This document shows positions 46,037 to 55,474 of a stretch of DNA of 61,092 nucleotides, piece by piece. The stretch's first letter is position 1. Every line of letters begins with the position of its first letter. The notes beneath the pieces were generated by a model. That model did not search any database, was not told where the DNA came from, and was given only the letters and a program-made list of their open reading frames with translations. The stretch comes from Gemmatimonadota bacterium (GTDB taxonomy: Bacteria > Gemmatimonadota > Gemmatimonadetes > Gemmatimonadales > GWC2-71-9), in the NCBI GenBank assembly GCA_003246755.1, contig QKDC01000174.1, forward strand, positions 1 to 61,092, read 5' to 3'. The translations under genes and the position numbers were made by a program.

Positions 46037-46458
46037 GCGGAGGTACGCCGGTTGGTGTGTCGCCGATCGCCGAGCGTCCGCCGATCGCTACCGGCTCTCC
46101 GGTCCTGGGCTTGCCCGCTGAGGCGCCTGATCCGCTTCGACATGATGCGAACGAGATTGAACGCGAGGGAGGGATCTTCCTGGATTCGGCGGAGAAAGCT
46201 CTTCTTGTCGATCGTGAGCACTCGCGCCTCGCCGAGGGCACGGACGGTGGCCGACCGAACCTCCCGCTCGAAGATGGCCATCTCCCCAAAGATGGCTCCC
46301 TTTTCCATGATCCCGATCTGCACTTCCCCGCGACCCTCTTGGTGCGTCAACACTTCGAGTCGGCCCTCCTGCAGCGTGAACATGCAGTCTCCGGGCTCTC
46401 CCTGTCGAACGACCACCTCGCCATCGGCGTACACCCGACCGAGCGCACTACCTTCCAT
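46033..46458 (-). CDS. Stand-alone cyclic-nucleotide-binding protein
   Basis: GEVVVRQGEPGD and phosphate-binding cassette FGEMAIFEREVRSATVRA. No HTH. Arg-rich tail. Confidence 0.9.
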   Translation of the reverse strand: MEGSALGRVYADGEVVVRQGEPGDCMFTLQEGRLEVLTHQEGRGEVQIGIMEKGAIFGEMAIFEREVRSATVRALGEARVLTIDKKSFLRRIQEDPSLAFNLVRIMSKRIRRLSGQAQDRRAGSDRRTLGDRRHTNRRTSA

Positions 46459-47851
46459 TGGTGGCTTTCTCCTTCCTTCGACCTCGCCCGAACGGCATGC
46501 TGCCCGCGACGATGTTCCATCCGAGCGCCAGAGGGAAGCCGGGGTTCATGGTGCGCCGCAGGATATCCCGGTAGGGTGCACTTCCGGTGAAGGTGTCCCA
46601 CAGCACGTTGCTCATCTGTTTGGTGCCCCCCTTCCGGGCTTGCTCCCGAACCGTCATGCGGACGACGCCCCGCCGAAGGACCTTGGAGTGTTGGATGAGG
46701 TGGGTCACTCCGAAGACGACCTTCGCGATGCTGTTGTCCACGTCGAGCGAGCGGCAGGCCGGCCAGAAATGCTCCTTGAAGGAGTCGCCAGAAACACCAT
46801 GAAAGACCGCCGCCTTCGCGGCAGCCTTCGCAGTCCGATAGGCCGACCCGATCCCGTCTTTGTAGAGCCGTGCGACCCCGCAGTCCCCAATCCAAACCAT
46901 CCGATCGGCAAAGGGTCGGACTGCGGCTTCCGTATTGATGCGCGGGTAGCAGTGGCACGCCAGAGGTGGGACGACCCCGCCTGGAAAACACCGACGGACC
47001 TCCGGCGACCCCAGGACCGACTCGACGAGTGCATCGTCGAGGTCATCGCCGAGCAGACAGAGCGTGACGAAATCGCCCTTGGGAATGATCGCAGCGAAGC
47101 CGAGACGGGGGATATCGAGGAGGAAGACGTGCATCGACGTCCCGAACCACTCCTTGATGACATCTGCCCCAAGCCGGAACTCACAGATGAACGTCCGTTG
47201 GGTTTCGGGCGCACCGAAGCCGGGCCCGGCGTTGCTGAACAGGTTCAATGCCTGACTGTTGACCCCCATCGCCATGACGAGGAGATCGTACTCTTTCGAC
47301 TGACCATCGACACTGGTCACGCGCGGCCTTCCCTCCTCCCACCCGATGGAGCGCGCGAGTTTCTTGACGATCTTGGCCCCCGACGAGGACGTCAGGTCGA
47401 GCAAGTGCCGGTCGAACCCTGCCACCTCGACGGGTTCCGATTCCCTCGGACCGTTGCCCCGATAGACGGCGGCAATGCGTTTCTCGTCTCGGGGAGCCTG
47501 AATCGTCACATCACCCTGATCGGTGTGCAGCACATAGGAGTCGATCCCTTGCTGCACCACCGTCGGCGGCAGGTTGATCCCCTCGGCGGCGAGCATCTGC
47601 ACCAGGGACTCAGAGATGATACCGCCACAATGGTTGCACCCGGCCGGGCCTCGGTGAGTGAAGAATCGCGGCTCGTAGATATCGACGTCGATCTCGAGAT
47701 CGATCGACTCGGCCATCGACAACAGAAAGAAGCTGAAGAACGAGCCGGCGGGGCCTCCGCCAACGACGCCGACCCGAGAACCATCGGTCAACTCCAAGCG
47801 TTTGGTTCCATTGCCGGTGCCGTGCACCCGGCGGCGTGTGAACATCCTCAT
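46448..47851 (-). CDS. Geranylgeranyl-reductase-like FAD-dependent oxidoreductase
   Basis: VGVVGGGPAG, GCNHCGGIISE, FDRHLL, WIGDCGVARLYKDGIGSAYRTAKAAA. Confidence 0.8.
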   Translation of the reverse strand: MRMFTRRRVHGTGNGTKRLELTDGSRVGVVGGGPAGSFFSFFLLSMAESIDLEIDVDIYEPRFFTHRGPAGCNHCGGIISESLVQMLAAEGINLPPTVVQQGIDSYVLHTDQGDVTIQAPRDEKRIAAVYRGNGPRESEPVEVAGFDRHLLDLTSSSGAKIVKKLARSIGWEEGRPRVTSVDGQSKEYDLLVMAMGVNSQALNLFSNAGPGFGAPETQRTFICEFRLGADVIKEWFGTSMHVFLLDIPRLGFAAIIPKGDFVTLCLLGDDLDDALVESVLGSPEVRRCFPGGVVPPLACHCYPRINTEAAVRPFADRMVWIGDCGVARLYKDGIGSAYRTAKAAAKAAVFHGVSGDSFKEHFWPACRSLDVDNSIAKVVFGVTHLIQHSKVLRRGVVRMTVREQARKGGTKQMSNVLWDTFTGSAPYRDILRRTMNPGFPLALGWNIVAGSMPFGRGRRKEKATNGR

Positions 47852-48939
47852 GAGTCTGGGGTGAGCAGGGAGAACACGTGATCGGGGTAGTCGAATCCCT
47901 TGGCGTGCATCGGTCCCAAGTCCCGGAACCCGAGGGGGTCATCCTCGGCAAAACGCGCCCCCTTCGCGACGAGTTGCCGAGTCATCCGGCATACCAAGAT
48001 GGGACCGGTCTCATCCGTGGCGAACTTCTCGAGCCGGCTGGCCAAGACGATAGGTTCTCCGACCATGGATAGCCCCATGGGCGTATCCCCACCGAAGGAG
48101 TCGATGGAGACTTCACCCGTCGCGAGGGCCCAGTCCATTCTCAAGGGAAAATTCCGAAGGGTCCAGATGGACGCGTCGTCGGCAATGCCCTTCACCAGCC
48201 GATCGAGCGCGATGGCGGCATAGCAGGCGGCCACAGCCTGCTCCCCGCGCATGGTGCCCTCCCAGAAAGCCAGGATGGCGTCCCCGGGAAACTCTTTGAC
48301 CGTACCTCCCAATTCCGCGACCGCCGCAGTCAGTTGCTCGAAGACCCGGTTCACCGACTGCTGGAGTTCCGCACCCTCGGCCTTGCGGACCATGACCGTA
48401 TAGTCCCGAATGTCTCCGACGAGTACCGTGGCCAGACTGAGTTGTGGCGCGAGGTCGGTGCGCTTCCGTGGGGTCGGGGTCTCGCCGGTCACCGCTGCCG
48501 ACTCCCCACCGAGGACAAACTGGAGCCCGCCACCAAGATCGAGTGTCTGACCGACCGTGATCTCGGTCTCGCGATTGGGGACGAGGCGACGGCCATCGAC
48601 CCGCGTGCCGTTGCGACTGAGGTCGCGTACGAAACAGCGTCCCTCGGCTGTCTGAGTGATGATGCAGTGTCGCCACGACACCGCCGGATCACGAACCAGG
48701 AGCAGGCCGGCGGTGGCCGGCCGGTCTTCCTCGTAACGCCCGATTTCCAGTCGGTCGAAGAACGGGTACTGCTGTTGGGGAACGGGGGCGCCCGGAACGG
48801 GTTCGAGATATCGCCCGGGAAGTTCTCCCGAGGCAGGAGGTGGGGTGGCGAACGCGGCTGTATCGGGCCGCACCACCGTTGCTTCGCGGCCGCCAATCCA
48901 TTGGCGCAACTGGCGAGGTATCGCGGAGAGAAAACTCAT
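47848..48939 (-). CDS. FHA-domain class III nucleotidyl cyclase
   Basis: FHA motifs IGR, VSWRH, DLSRNGT. Cyclase motifs VGDIRDYT, KEFPGDAILAFW, GEPIVLASRLE. Confidence 0.88.
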   Translation of the reverse strand: MSFLSAIPRQLRQWIGGREATVVRPDTAAFATPPPASGELPGRYLEPVPGAPVPQQQYPFFDRLEIGRYEEDRPATAGLLLVRDPAVSWRHCIITQTAEGRCFVRDLSRNGTRVDGRRLVPNRETEITVGQTLDLGGGLQFVLGGESAAVTGETPTPRKRTDLAPQLSLATVLVGDIRDYTVMVRKAEGAELQQSVNRVFEQLTAAVAELGGTVKEFPGDAILAFWEGTMRGEQAVAACYAAIALDRLVKGIADDASIWTLRNFPLRMDWALATGEVSIDSFGGDTPMGLSMVGEPIVLASRLEKFATDETGPILVCRMTRQLVAKGARFAEDDPLGFRDLGPMHAKGFDYPDHVFSLLTPDS

Positions 48940-49044
48940 CCGTCACCAGGTCGATTGGGGTTCTTGCCTCTCGGGTGATCTCACCACGCAAACTGCACGG
49001 TACCCTCTGAAAAAAGTGTGAAGGCCTCTGGGGGAAATGTTCTA

Positions 49045-49074
49045 TTGACTTTGCATGACAAAGTACTCTATATT
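49045..49074 (+). promoter_or_regulatory. sigma70 promoter with overlapping palindromic operator
   Basis: TTGACT-N18-TATATT. Perfect inverted repeat ACTTTG-catga-CAAAGT at 49048-49064. Confidence 0.65.
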
Positions 49075-49101
49075 GGCATCTCCAAAACTCGGATCGTGCG
49101 C

Positions 49102-50580
49102 ATGAGCAGGCCAATTCAGCGAGGGCTCCACATTCTTGGTCTCGCGGCCATCCTCGGAGTCCTTGGCGATATCCTCCTCAGAACTACCCCATGGGGTGTG
49201 AACCTTTCGCTGTGGGTAGGAATGGCGTGTGCCGCGGGCTGGCTGCTCCTACCGGAGTCTGCCGAGGGTCGCCTCGAAATCGCGGGGTGGCCGTTGCTCG
49301 CGGCGCTTTTCTTTGCCTTCTGTTTCGCCTGGCGAGACGCGGAGTCTCTTCTGGTTTGGAATGGCCTCGCAATCCTCTGCGCGCTCTCACTCCCTGCCCT
49401 GAAGTTGCATGGCATTCGGCTCCGGGCAGCGAGGATCACGGATTACGTCATGGGGCTCGTAGCAAATGGTCTCAACGCGGTCGCCGGGCCGACACTCTTA
49501 CCGAGAGAAGAGCTGGCCACGAACGAGATCTCCCGCCATAGCCCGCGAGCCCGTGCCGCGGTCCTGGGACTGATTCTGGCTGTCCCCGTGCTGTTCGTCT
49601 TCGGCGGTCTCCTAATGTCAGCCGATCCGGGTTTCGAGCGCATCGTGCGCGCATTGATAGACTGGGACTTCGAGATCATCGCCTCGCACATCGCGCTTGT
49701 GGGCTTCCTGGCATGGACCTCCACAGGGGTTCTCCGCCCGCTCGCCATGGGTCGCAACCCTGTGCTGAACTTCGGCGACAGGATCATCGCCAACGCTCCC
49801 AAGAAGCCGATGTTGGGCATCGTCGAACTCGGCATTCCGCTGGGAGCGCTAGGTCTGATCTTCTTGGTGTTCGCAGGCCTCCAGGCACGCTACCTCTTCG
49901 GGGGCGAGGCCGTGATCCTCCAAACGGCGGGACTGACCTACGCTGAGTATGCGCGAGGCGGCTTCTTCCAGGTGGTGGCCGTGGCGACGCTCCTCCTACC
50001 GTTGCTCCTCGGCGCCGATTGGTTGCTCGACGGGAGAGCCGCGCGGAATGTGACGCGCTTCCGGATCATCTCGGCGACTCTGCTGCTGCTCATTGCGCTG
50101 ATCGTGCTGTCGGCGATCCTCCGGATGCGTCTCTACATGGATACCTACGGCCTGACGGAGGACCGCTTCTACGCCATGGCGTTCTTGGTCTGGGTCGGCA
50201 TGGTCCTGGCGCTGTTCGGCACCACGGTCCTCCGCGGAAGGCGTGATCGGTTTGCGTTCGGAGCGATCGCGACGGGGTTCGTCACGTTGGCAACACTCAA
50301 CATCGTGAATCCGGACGCGGTCATCGCCCGCACGAACCTCACGCGCGCCGAGGCTGGCGCGGAGTTCGATGTGGAGCACGCGAAGCGATTGTCGGCTGAT
50401 GCCATCCCCGAGTTGGTCACCCGAGCCCCGGCGCTCCTCTCGGGTGAAGCGTGCGAGTCTTTCTGGAAGGGGTTGCGGGACAACAAGGCTCTGCACCAGT
50501 CGGATTGGAGAACCTGGAACCGGAGTCGCCGGACGGCCCGTCGAGCCATCCAGGAAGCCGCCCCTCCAAACTGCGGGTAG
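49102..50580 (+). CDS. DUF4153/DUF4173 multi-TM membrane protein
   Basis: LLMSADPGF, Q..YLFGG, TYAEYARGGFFQ, RMRLYMDTYGLTEDR, NPDAVIARTN, LSADAIP. Start moved downstream of the promoter. Confidence 0.85.
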   Translation: MSRPIQRGLHILGLAAILGVLGDILLRTTPWGVNLSLWVGMACAAGWLLLPESAEGRLEIAGWPLLAALFFAFCFAWRDAESLLVWNGLAILCALSLPALKLHGIRLRAARITDYVMGLVANGLNAVAGPTLLPREELATNEISRHSPRARAAVLGLILAVPVLFVFGGLLMSADPGFERIVRALIDWDFEIIASHIALVGFLAWTSTGVLRPLAMGRNPVLNFGDRIIANAPKKPMLGIVELGIPLGALGLIFLVFAGLQARYLFGGEAVILQTAGLTYAEYARGGFFQVVAVATLLLPLLLGADWLLDGRAARNVTRFRIISATLLLLIALIVLSAILRMRLYMDTYGLTEDRFYAMAFLVWVGMVLALFGTTVLRGRRDRFAFGAIATGFVTLATLNIVNPDAVIARTNLTRAEAGAEFDVEHAKRLSADAIPELVTRAPALLSGEACESFWKGLRDNKALHQSDWRTWNRSRRTARRAIQEAAPPNCG

Positions 50581-50686
50581 TCCACACCGTCCGGCAGGTG
50601 GTGCTCAATCCTCGGAGCCCGGCTAGACTTCCTCTTGTTCGCCTCGCGATGAGTGAAGTCTGAGCCAACATCTTTCGAGACCCACC

Positions 50687-51814
50687 ATGACGTTACGCTG
50701 TTTCACCGGCCGCACTCGTGGCATCCTGCCTACACTTCTGTCCCTGGTCGCCTGCGGGACGCCACAACGTCAGGCACCTCCCCCCGCGGAGGTGACGATC
50801 GTCACCGTCGCCCCGCGTTCGGTGGATCAGGTCTTTGAGGTGGTAGGCAGCGTGGAAGCCTCCAAGAGTGTCTTCGTCAGGGCCCAGGTTGGCGGTGTCG
50901 TGGTTGCGCGCGAGTTCATCGAAGGCACGGCGGTGCACGCTGGCCAAGTGCTGTACCGGATCGACTCAACGACCTACTACGCCGATTGGCAGCGCGCGAA
51001 GGCCCAACTGGCGGATGCCGAAGCCCGATCGGCCAACGCCGAACGCAACCGATCCCGCATGGCCGCGATGCTGGAGATCGGGGCGGTCGCGCAGCGCGAT
51101 CTCGACGATGCGGACACCGAATCCAAGCGAGCCGGAGCCGCGGTGGATGAGGCGAGAGCGTCCCTGGACGCTGCCAAGAAGCGTCTCGACGACACCGTGG
51201 TGCGGGCGGAGCTGGCGGGCCGAATCGGGAGAACCCGATTAGAGGTTGGAGCCCGGGTGCAGGGTCCGGGAGACATCTTGACGACGATCGACGTCCTCGA
51301 CCCGATCTACGTCACGGTCAGTCCCTCGGGTCGGCAGGTCCTCGCGTGGAGGCGTGATCCTCGCGCATCGCGCCTGCTGGCCCCGGGTGGCGGGTTGGAA
51401 GCGGAGGCCATCCTTGCCGACGGCGCCGTGGCGGCCAGCAAGGGCAGGCTGACGTTCATCGATCCCGTCATCGATCCCGGAACCGGCACCCAGCGACTTC
51501 GAGTGGAGTTCGCGAACCGAGAGCAACTCCTCCTGCCCGGTGAGTTTGTGCGGGTCCGACTGCTCGGCTTCACCATCGACAGCGCGATCGTGATTCCACA
51601 GCGAGCGGTCCTCCAACAACTGGGGCACCAATCGGTATACGTGGTGACCGAGGGTGACACGGTCCGGGTCCGGGATGTGGAGGCCACGGGCTGGACGGGT
51701 GAAGACTGGCTGGTTCAGCGTGGCCTGTTGCCCGGCGATCGGGTGATCGTTGACGGCATTCAGAAGGTCGGACCGGGCTCGGTCGTGAGGCCGGCGCCGC
51801 TCGAGTCACCATGA
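50687..51814 (+). CDS. RND efflux periplasmic adaptor (AcrA/MexA-like lipoprotein)
   Basis: Lipobox LVAC, VRAQVGG, FIEGTAV, DPGTGT, LLPGEFV, GLLPGDRVIVDG. Confidence 0.92.
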   Translation: MTLRCFTGRTRGILPTLLSLVACGTPQRQAPPPAEVTIVTVAPRSVDQVFEVVGSVEASKSVFVRAQVGGVVVAREFIEGTAVHAGQVLYRIDSTTYYADWQRAKAQLADAEARSANAERNRSRMAAMLEIGAVAQRDLDDADTESKRAGAAVDEARASLDAAKKRLDDTVVRAELAGRIGRTRLEVGARVQGPGDILTTIDVLDPIYVTVSPSGRQVLAWRRDPRASRLLAPGGGLEAEAILADGAVAASKGRLTFIDPVIDPGTGTQRLRVEFANREQLLLPGEFVRVRLLGFTIDSAIVIPQRAVLQQLGHQSVYVVTEGDTVRVRDVEATGWTGEDWLVQRGLLPGDRVIVDGIQKVGPGSVVRPAPLESP

Positions 51815-54800
51815 TCGAGCCGTCCCAAGAGGCACGCTACCTCTTCATCCGACGGCCGGTGCTGGCCGGGGTGATCTCGATCGTGATCACTCTACTCGGC
51901 GCCTTCGCGATGATCCGGCTGCCCATCAACCGCTTTCCCCAGATCACCCCGCCCTCGATTCAGGTGCAGGCCACCTACCCCGGCGCCAGCGCCGAGGATT
52001 TGGCCCAAGCGGTCGCCGCGCCGATCGAGCAGCAACTCTCCGGGCTCGATGGCCTGCTGTACTACACGTCCGCCAACTCCAACTCGGGTGTCTCGACCAT
52101 CTCGGTCTACTTCGACATCAGCCGTGATCAGGACCTCGCCGCGATCGACGTCCAGAATGCGATCAAGTTGGCCGAACCCCAGCTCCCGGCGGAGGTGCGG
52201 ACGCTCGGTATCGTCATCCGCAAGGCAAACAGCAACATCCTGATGCTGGTGGCACTCAGCTCCGACGATCCGCGGTTCGATTCATCGTTTCTGAGCAACT
52301 ACGCGAAGCTGTACGTCGAAGACGAACTGAAGCGGGTCCCGGGCGTGGGGAATACGCTGCTGTTCGGGGGATCAGAGTTCTCGATGTTGCTGGACCTCGA
52401 CCCGGGCACGATGGCCCAGTTGGGTATCACGGTATCCGATGTCACGGCAGCGGTCCGAGAGCAGAACTCGACCAAACCCGCCGGTCGGCTGGGCCGAGAG
52501 CCGGCACCCGAGGGAACGCAGCTCACCCTCCCAGTGACAACCAGCGGCCGACTCACCACCGCCGAGCAGTTTGGCGATATCATCGTCCGATCCCGGCCGG
52601 ATGGATCTCTGGTCCGAGTGCGCGACATCGCAGAGGTGCGTCTCGGGTCCCTGAGCTACGATGCAGAGACCCGGCTCAACGGGAAACCCATCTCCAACCT
52701 CCTGATCTACTCCCGGCCCGGTGCCAACGATCTCGAGGTACGCGAGGCGGTGGTTACTCGCATGGAGGAGTTGTCCCGGTCATTCCCCGACGGTGTCAGC
52801 TTCAGTGTGCCGTACGACACCACACCGTTCATTTCCGAATCGGTCACCGAGGTCATCAAGACCCTGGTCGAGGCGATGATCCTTGTGACGCTGGTCGTCT
52901 TCCTCTTCCTCGAGAGTTGGCGGGCGACGGTCATCCCCATGATCGCGGTACCGGTGAGCATCATCGGCACCTTCCTGGGGCTTCAGGCGCTCGGGTTCAC
53001 GATCAACACGCTCACGCTTTTCGGACTGGTGCTCGCAATCGGCATTGTCGTAGACGATGCCATCGTCGTGATCGAAAACGTGGAGCGGATCATGGAAGAG
53101 GAGCACCTGCCTCCTCGTCAGGCGGCCGACAAGGCGATCAGACAGGTGGCCTCGGCCCTCGTCGCCATCGTTCTCTCTCTCTCAGCCGTATTCGTTCCCG
53201 TCGCTTTCCTCTCGGGAATCACGGGGGCACTCTACAAAGAGTTTGCACTCACCATCGTCATCGCCATCGTCATTTCCGGAATCGTGGCCCTCACCCTGAC
53301 CCCCGCCCTCTGCGCCACCATGCTTCGGTCGTCGACGGCGGAAACCACCAACCGATTCTTCCAAGCGTTCAATCGAGGCTTCGCGCGGAGCCGGAGGGGT
53401 TACCTCCGCACGGCCGGCTGGATCCTGGATCGCCCGCGGAGGGGCGTCGCGGCCTTTCTCGTGATGGTTGCCCTTGCCGGATTGCTCTACAAGCGGGTGC
53501 CGTCGGCGTTCGTGCCCGCGGAAGACAAAGGCTTCTACCTGCTGGCCATTCAATTACCCGATGCCGCCTCTCTCCAACGAACTCGGGAGGTCGTATCCCG
53601 GATCGAACAGATCGCGCTCTCCGATTCGTCGGTGAACACTGCGGTCACCCTGCTGGGGCTCGACATCCTCAACTTTTCCAACTCAACCAACGCCGCTGCC
53701 GTGTTCGTCGGGCTCAAGCCCTGGTCGGAACGTCGACGATCCGACCAGGGACTCGATGCCATTCTCCAACGACTGAATGGACGATTGTTCGGGCTCAAGG
53801 ACGCCGTGGCGTTCGCGTTCAACTTCCCCGAGATTCCTGGCTTGGGACGGACGTCGGGCCTGGAACTCAACCTGCAGGCCCGTGGCGGGCAGAGTTACAG
53901 CGACCTGGTGGGTGAGGCACAGCGGTTCGCGCGAGAGGCCAGTGCCCTACCTGAGTTTACCACCGCTGCCACACTCGTTCGAGCCAACGTACCCCAACTG
54001 TTCGTCGAGGTTGACGAGGAGGCTGCGCGCGCCCGGGGCGTCGGGTCCGCACAAGTGTTCTCGACGCTCCAGGCCATGCTGTCCACACTCTACATCAACG
54101 ATTTCAATATCTACGGTCGGACGTACCGTGTGCAGGCGGGCGCTCAGCCCCAGTTCCGGCAGACGCCCGAAGATGTTGGGCGTTTCTACGTGAGGAGTGA
54201 TCGCGGAGACATGATTCCGCTCTCCGCGCTGGTCACCAGCGAAATGCGGGCGGGACCCAGCGTGATCAGCAAGGTCAACGGGTTCCCCTCGGCATTGATC
54301 ACAGGCTCCCCCGCCCCCGGAAGGGGCACAGGTGAGATGTACGATGCCGCCGAGCGTCTGATCGCGGAGTCCTTCGAGCCGAACGGGTACGGTTTCGCCT
54401 ACAGCGGACAGTCCTACCAGGAACGAGTGGCCAGCGGTGGAGGCGGGTTGGTGATCGTGCTGGGGCTCATTCTCGTCTTTCTGGTCCTGGCAGCCCAGTA
54501 TGAGAGTTGGGCTATCCCTTTTGCGGTGCTGCTCGGCGTTCCCTTCGGGATGTTCGGCGCGCTGCTCGGTGTCTGGCTTCGGGGCATGGCCAACGATGTC
54601 TACTTCCAGATCGGGATGATCGCCGTCATCGGACTGGCCGCCAAGAATGCCATTCTGATCGTGGAATTTGCGAACACGCTTCATGCCGAGGGGCTGTCGA
54701 TCCGGGAGGCAGCGATCGAGGCTGCGCGGCAGCGACTCCGCCCCATCCTGATGACCTCCTTCGCCTTTGTCCTGGGGGTTTCACCCTTGGTCGTGGCGAG

Positions 54801-54969
54801 CGGGGCCGGGGCGGTGAGCCGCCATTCGATCGGCACCGGGGTATTCAGCGGCGTATTGATCGCCACGCTGGTCGGGATCTTCTTCATCCCCCTCTTCTTC
54901 GCTCTGGTTCGCGGTGTTGCCGATCGTGGGCTCTGGCGTGGAACAAGGAGTACCAGCACGACGTCATAG
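51811..54969 (+). CDS. RND HAE1 efflux permease (AcrB/MexB-like)
   Basis: FIRRPVLA and proton-relay motifs GIVVDDAIVVIEN, AAKNAILIVEFA, RLRPILMTS. ATGA overlap with the adaptor gene. Confidence 0.95.
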   Translation: MIEPSQEARYLFIRRPVLAGVISIVITLLGAFAMIRLPINRFPQITPPSIQVQATYPGASAEDLAQAVAAPIEQQLSGLDGLLYYTSANSNSGVSTISVYFDISRDQDLAAIDVQNAIKLAEPQLPAEVRTLGIVIRKANSNILMLVALSSDDPRFDSSFLSNYAKLYVEDELKRVPGVGNTLLFGGSEFSMLLDLDPGTMAQLGITVSDVTAAVREQNSTKPAGRLGREPAPEGTQLTLPVTTSGRLTTAEQFGDIIVRSRPDGSLVRVRDIAEVRLGSLSYDAETRLNGKPISNLLIYSRPGANDLEVREAVVTRMEELSRSFPDGVSFSVPYDTTPFISESVTEVIKTLVEAMILVTLVVFLFLESWRATVIPMIAVPVSIIGTFLGLQALGFTINTLTLFGLVLAIGIVVDDAIVVIENVERIMEEEHLPPRQAADKAIRQVASALVAIVLSLSAVFVPVAFLSGITGALYKEFALTIVIAIVISGIVALTLTPALCATMLRSSTAETTNRFFQAFNRGFARSRRGYLRTAGWILDRPRRGVAAFLVMVALAGLLYKRVPSAFVPAEDKGFYLLAIQLPDAASLQRTREVVSRIEQIALSDSSVNTAVTLLGLDILNFSNSTNAAAVFVGLKPWSERRRSDQGLDAILQRLNGRLFGLKDAVAFAFNFPEIPGLGRTSGLELNLQARGGQSYSDLVGEAQRFAREASALPEFTTAATLVRANVPQLFVEVDEEAARARGVGSAQVFSTLQAMLSTLYINDFNIYGRTYRVQAGAQPQFRQTPEDVGRFYVRSDRGDMIPLSALVTSEMRAGPSVISKVNGFPSALITGSPAPGRGTGEMYDAAERLIAESFEPNGYGFAYSGQSYQERVASGGGGLVIVLGLILVFLVLAAQYESWAIPFAVLLGVPFGMFGALLGVWLRGMANDVYFQIGMIAVIGLAAKNAILIVEFANTLHAEGLSIREAAIEAARQRLRPILMTSFAFVLGVSPLVVASGAGAVSRHSIGTGVFSGVLIATLVGIFFIPLFFALVRGVADRGLWRGTRSTSTTS

Positions 54970-55053
54970 CACCGACCTCCCTTCTGGCCAGTTTGAAGCC
55001 TTCTTGCGGTGCGATTCAACGTCCCTTGTGCGCCGTGGGGCCATTGTTACCCG

Positions 55054-55461
55054 ATGCCGTACGCCTTCTCCGAACACACCGCCGACCTCCGGATGCACGT
55101 CACCGGACAGACCCTCCATGAACTCTTTCGTGATGCGCTCTTCGGTATGACGAGCGTCGTTCGGCCGGACAGGCTGCCGACGGCCCCGGCGACGGAGAGA
55201 ACCGTCTCCCTCACGGCCTCAGACATCACAGGGCTTCTCATCGAGTTCTTGAATGAGGCCCTGACCCTGATGCATGTGCATCGCGAGGGCTACACAGGGG
55301 TCACCTTCGCGTCCCTCACCGACCATCAACTGCGGGCAACCCTCCAGGGGTTCCCCGCGAGCGTGTTCGCGGAAGGCATCAAAGCCGTCACGTACCATGA
55401 GGCGCAGGTGGTACGGGATCGCGGCGGGAGCTGGAGCACGACCGTCATCTTCGACCTCTAG
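55054..55461 (+). CDS. Archease
   Basis: EHTAD, LLIEFLNE, IKAVTYH and C-terminal IFDL. Directly upstream of rtcB. Confidence 0.9.
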   Translation: MPYAFSEHTADLRMHVTGQTLHELFRDALFGMTSVVRPDRLPTAPATERTVSLTASDITGLLIEFLNEALTLMHVHREGYTGVTFASLTDHQLRATLQGFPASVFAEGIKAVTYHEAQVVRDRGGSWSTTVIFDL

Positions 55462-55474
55462 AGGGGCTGAGGCC

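Noticed and set aside
44771-47881. 1036-aa plus-strand ORF spanning three genes
   Set aside because: Antisense to motif-rich genes, with no recognisable domain and an Arg/Pro-rich composition. Long stop-free antisense frames are expected with high-GC codon bias.
46033-48939. Pycsar/CBASS-type antiphage interpretation of the cyclase plus cNMP-binding protein
   Set aside because: The receptor has no TM or TIR effector, the neighbours are metabolic oxidoreductases, and there is no defence-island context.
55274-55474. N-terminal extension of RtcB, or an intein or Y RNA near rtcB
   Set aside because: The extension overlaps archease in another frame, RtcB motifs are contiguous, and the intergenic gaps show no Y-RNA-like structure.
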